Shown in pieces: positions 32,811-34,763 of a stretch of 34,763 nucleotides of DNA. The notes below the pieces were generated by a model. It made no database searches. It saw only the letters and a list, made by a program, of their open reading frames with translations, and was not told the origin of the DNA. Made by a program: the position numbers and the translations under genes. The DNA is taken from the NCBI GenBank assembly GCA_018898425.1, contig JAHIHG010000050.1, positions 1-34,763 of the forward strand, read 5' to 3'. Origin of the DNA: Nanobdellota archaeon (GTDB lineage: Archaea; Nanobdellota; Nanobdellia; Pacearchaeales; GW2011-AR1). Positions within the stretch are counted from its first letter, which is position 1. Each line of letters starts with the position of its first letter.

Positions 32811-33314
32811 ATGGTTGATAAAAATCAAGTTCATTATGTAACAGCTACTGTAATTCTTGTTAAAGATGGTAAATTTTTAATCACGAAAAGAGCAGATTGG
32901 GAAAAAGCCTTTCCTAGTAAATGGACTGTTCCTGGAGGGAAACTTGAAGTTTTAGATTATGTTTTAAAACAAAAAGATACAGCTTTTCATTGGTATAATG
33001 TTTTAGAAGATTTAGCTAAAAAAGAGGTTATGGAAGAAGTTGGCTTGGGATTTAAGAACCTTAATTATGTTACTAGTTTGGTTTATATTAGAAGTGATAA
33101 AATACCTTCTTTGATTATTAGTTTATGGGCAGAGCCAATTGGTGAAAAAATCAATCTTTGTCCTGCTTTAACAGAATATAAATGGGTGAGTTTAGAAGAA
33201 GCTAAAAATTATGAATTAATTGAAGGAATCTATGAAGAATTGAAAATCTTAGATAAAAAGCTTATAACTGGAAAAATGGGTGAGTGGGTGAATAATTCTG
33301 CCCAAAATCTTTAA
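32811..33314 (+). CDS. Nudix hydrolase with an insertion in the Nudix box
   Basis: 167 aa. WTVPGGKLEV...(insertion)...LEDLAKKEVMEEVGL retains E-x-x-EE-x-GL. Confidence 0.8.
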   Translation: MVDKNQVHYVTATVILVKDGKFLITKRADWEKAFPSKWTVPGGKLEVLDYVLKQKDTAFHWYNVLEDLAKKEVMEEVGLGFKNLNYVTSLVYIRSDKIPSLIISLWAEPIGEKINLCPALTEYKWVSLEEAKNYELIEGIYEELKILDKKLITGKMGEWVNNSAQNL

Positions 33315-33338
33315 AAGCCCCCCCAGATTCTTGTTTTC

Positions 33339-34004
33339 ATGGAAATAAATGATATTGAGATTAAATGGCTTGGGCATTCTGGATTTTTAATCAAGAATTC
33401 AAAAATAATTTATATTGACCCTTATAATATTAAAGATGCATCTGAAAAAGCTGATTTGATTTTAATCACACATAGTCATTATGATCATTGTAGTGTTGCA
33501 GATATAAAAAAAATAATTAAACAAGGAACTAAAATTATTCTCACAGCAGACTGCCAGAGCAAAATTGCAAGGTTTGATATTCCTATTAAAATTGACATCA
33601 TAGAACCAGAAAGGGAATTAATATATAATAATATTAAAATTGTTGCTTTGCCTGCATATAATACTGACAAGCCTTTTCATGCAAAAGAAGAAGGGTGGGT
33701 TGGTTATTTAATAAAAATTGGAAATACTTTAATTTATCATGCAGGGGATACTGACTTAATCCCTGAAATGCAAAAACTTACTGGATATAATCATGAAAAA
33801 AATAAATTTATTGCTCTGCTTCCTATTGGAGGAAGATTTACAATGAGTGTTGAAGAAGCTGTTGAAGCTGTAAAATTAATTAAACCTTTTCTGGTTATCC
33901 CTATGCATTATGGAAGTGTGGTTGGTGATGTGACTGATGCTCAAGAATTTAAAGAGTTATGTGAAGAAGAAGGGATTGATGTAGAAATTTTGGAGAAGGA
34001 ATAA
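33339..34004 (+). CDS. metallo-beta-lactamase-fold hydrolase (UPF0173-like)
   Basis: 221 aa with LITHSHYDHC (HxHxDH), a later HAGDT, and a PMHYG histidine. Confidence 0.85.
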   Translation: MEINDIEIKWLGHSGFLIKNSKIIYIDPYNIKDASEKADLILITHSHYDHCSVADIKKIIKQGTKIILTADCQSKIARFDIPIKIDIIEPERELIYNNIKIVALPAYNTDKPFHAKEEGWVGYLIKIGNTLIYHAGDTDLIPEMQKLTGYNHEKNKFIALLPIGGRFTMSVEEAVEAVKLIKPFLVIPMHYGSVVGDVTDAQEFKELCEEEGIDVEILEKE

Positions 34005-34024
34005 ATAAAAGTTCTTAGAAAAAA

Positions 34025-34510
34025 TTAACATTTAAGAAGAGATATTTTTTCTTTTAGTTCTTTTAAGTTTCTTACTACATCTTTAGAATCACTCTTTTTT
34101 TCAAAATCTACTAAAATATATGGGATATTTTCTGATTTACAATAATTCATAGTCTCTTCTCCAAAACCAATATATGCAAAGGGTTTTCCATATTTTTTAA
34201 CAAATCTTTTAAACACACTAATTTTATTATCTTTTTCTTCTGGTTTTGAAGTTTCTATTAAATCAAACAAATCTTTGTCTAACTTTATTGATTTAATTAT
34301 TTTTTCAAGTGCAGATTGGGTATTTGTGGTTATTATAGCTAATCTATATTTATTTTTAAGTGAAGAAAAATAATCTATTATATTGTAATTCACCTGATTT
34401 TTATTATCTTTTATGAATTTTATAACTGAATTAAAATAACTTTCTCTGGCAATTTTTGTTCTTTTTTCCTTAGACAAATCAGGATATAATGTTATCATAA
34501 CCTTATCCAC
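34025..34510 (-). CDS. HAD-superfamily-like protein lacking an obvious motif I (tentative)
   Basis: 161 aa. LAIITTNT (motif II-like), a KP.. Lys and IGFGEE (motif IV-like) are present, but there is no N-terminal DxD. The start codon is uncertain (GTG 34510 or ATG 34498). Confidence 0.45.
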   Translation of the reverse strand: MDKVMITLYPDLSKEKRTKIARESYFNSVIKFIKDNKNQVNYNIIDYFSSLKNKYRLAIITTNTQSALEKIIKSIKLDKDLFDLIETSKPEEKDNKISVFKRFVKKYGKPFAYIGFGEETMNYCKSENIPYILVDFEKKSDSKDVVRNLKELKEKISLLKC

Positions 34511-34702
34511 ATAATTAAAATAAACTTTTTTTTCTTTTTCTGGATTTTCTTTTAATAATGTTTTCCATTCAATTATAGGCTGAATGCTAAGCCCTTTTAT
34601 TTTTAATTCTTTTTCTCTTTCAGTACCTGGTAACAGGTTTTAAGAGTCTTCTGTAAAAATCAAATTTTATCCTTAATAAGTGTTTACTAATATTTATATA
34701 AT

Positions 34703-34721
34703 GTAGTTACTTGGTAACTAC
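34703..34721. promoter_or_regulatory. 8-bp inverted repeat gtagttac-ttg-gtaactac between a TATA-like box and a start codon
   Basis: tatttatata (34691-34700), then the palindrome at 34703-34721, then the ATG at 34726. Confidence 0.3.
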
Positions 34722-34725
34722 TATT

Positions 34726-34763
34726 ATGAAAACTAAAATCAATATGAAGATGGAAGGTTATGA
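34726..34763 (+). CDS. 5' end of an ORF running off the window (MKTKINMKMEGY...)
   Basis: ATG after a TATA-like box and a palindrome. Only 12 codons are visible. Confidence 0.3.
   Translation, partial: MKTKINMKMEGY

Noticed and set aside
34511-34650. Upstream extension of the HAD-like ORF to recover a DxD motif I
   Set aside because: The in-frame upstream sequence (NLLPGTEREKELKIKGLSIQPIIEWKTLLKENPEKEKKVYFNY) has no ATG and no DxD motif, so the protein remains N-terminally atypical.
1-34763. CRISPR arrays, transposase/integrase genes and additional tRNAs
   Set aside because: I saw no regularly spaced direct repeats, no DDE/tyrosine/serine recombinase motifs in any long ORF, and no further GC-rich cloverleaf-sized islands in the intergenic regions. 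This was a manual scan only.

Overview
This is a visibly AT-rich archaeal window. Its rRNA signatures, small divergent proteins and leaderless-looking genes suggest a DPANN-like genome, but that lineage call is inference only.

Layout:
- 241-3712: two unusual genes, a small Rossmann-like ORF and a 1004-aa protein with a wHTH, a coiled coil and a metallophosphoesterase domain.
- 3744-9619: an rRNA operon with no 5S. It holds the 16S, a tRNA-Ala(UGC) with a canonical bulge-helix-bulge (BHB) intron, and a 23S interrupted by a 759-nt intron encoding a single-motif LAGLIDADG endonuclease. I read this intron as group I, at the I-CeuI site L1923.
- 9.7-20.5 kb: small membrane and regulatory genes, a DUF4258/DUF2283-like pair, a P-type ATPase, a deaminase, and a family B DNA polymerase with unusual motif A/B residues.
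- 20.7-23.5 kb: a GatE-type amidotransferase subunit lacking the GatE insertion domain, followed by AspRS.
- 23.5-29.4 kb: an accessory islet.
  - A 3.2-kb two-methyltransferase cassette, bracketed by a perfect 20-bp inverted repeat.
  - Within the cassette: an unannotated AbrB-like ORF, clustered GGTACC sites, and an uncharacterised 59-aa + 288-aa gene pair.
  - Outside the cassette: a hyperacidic micro-ORF, vapBC, a Pol-beta-type nucleotidyltransferase, and a metallophosphoesterase gene broken by a 20-nt insertion.
- 29.4-31.8 kb: a gatC-like / amidohydrolase / gatA operon.
- 31.8-34.8 kb: a wHTH-pseudoNudix regulator divergent from a Nudix hydrolase, an MBL-fold hydrolase and a HAD-like ORF.

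I saw no CRISPR array, transposase or integrase. All family assignments come from reading motifs by eye. No database search was run, and rRNA and intron boundaries are approximate.
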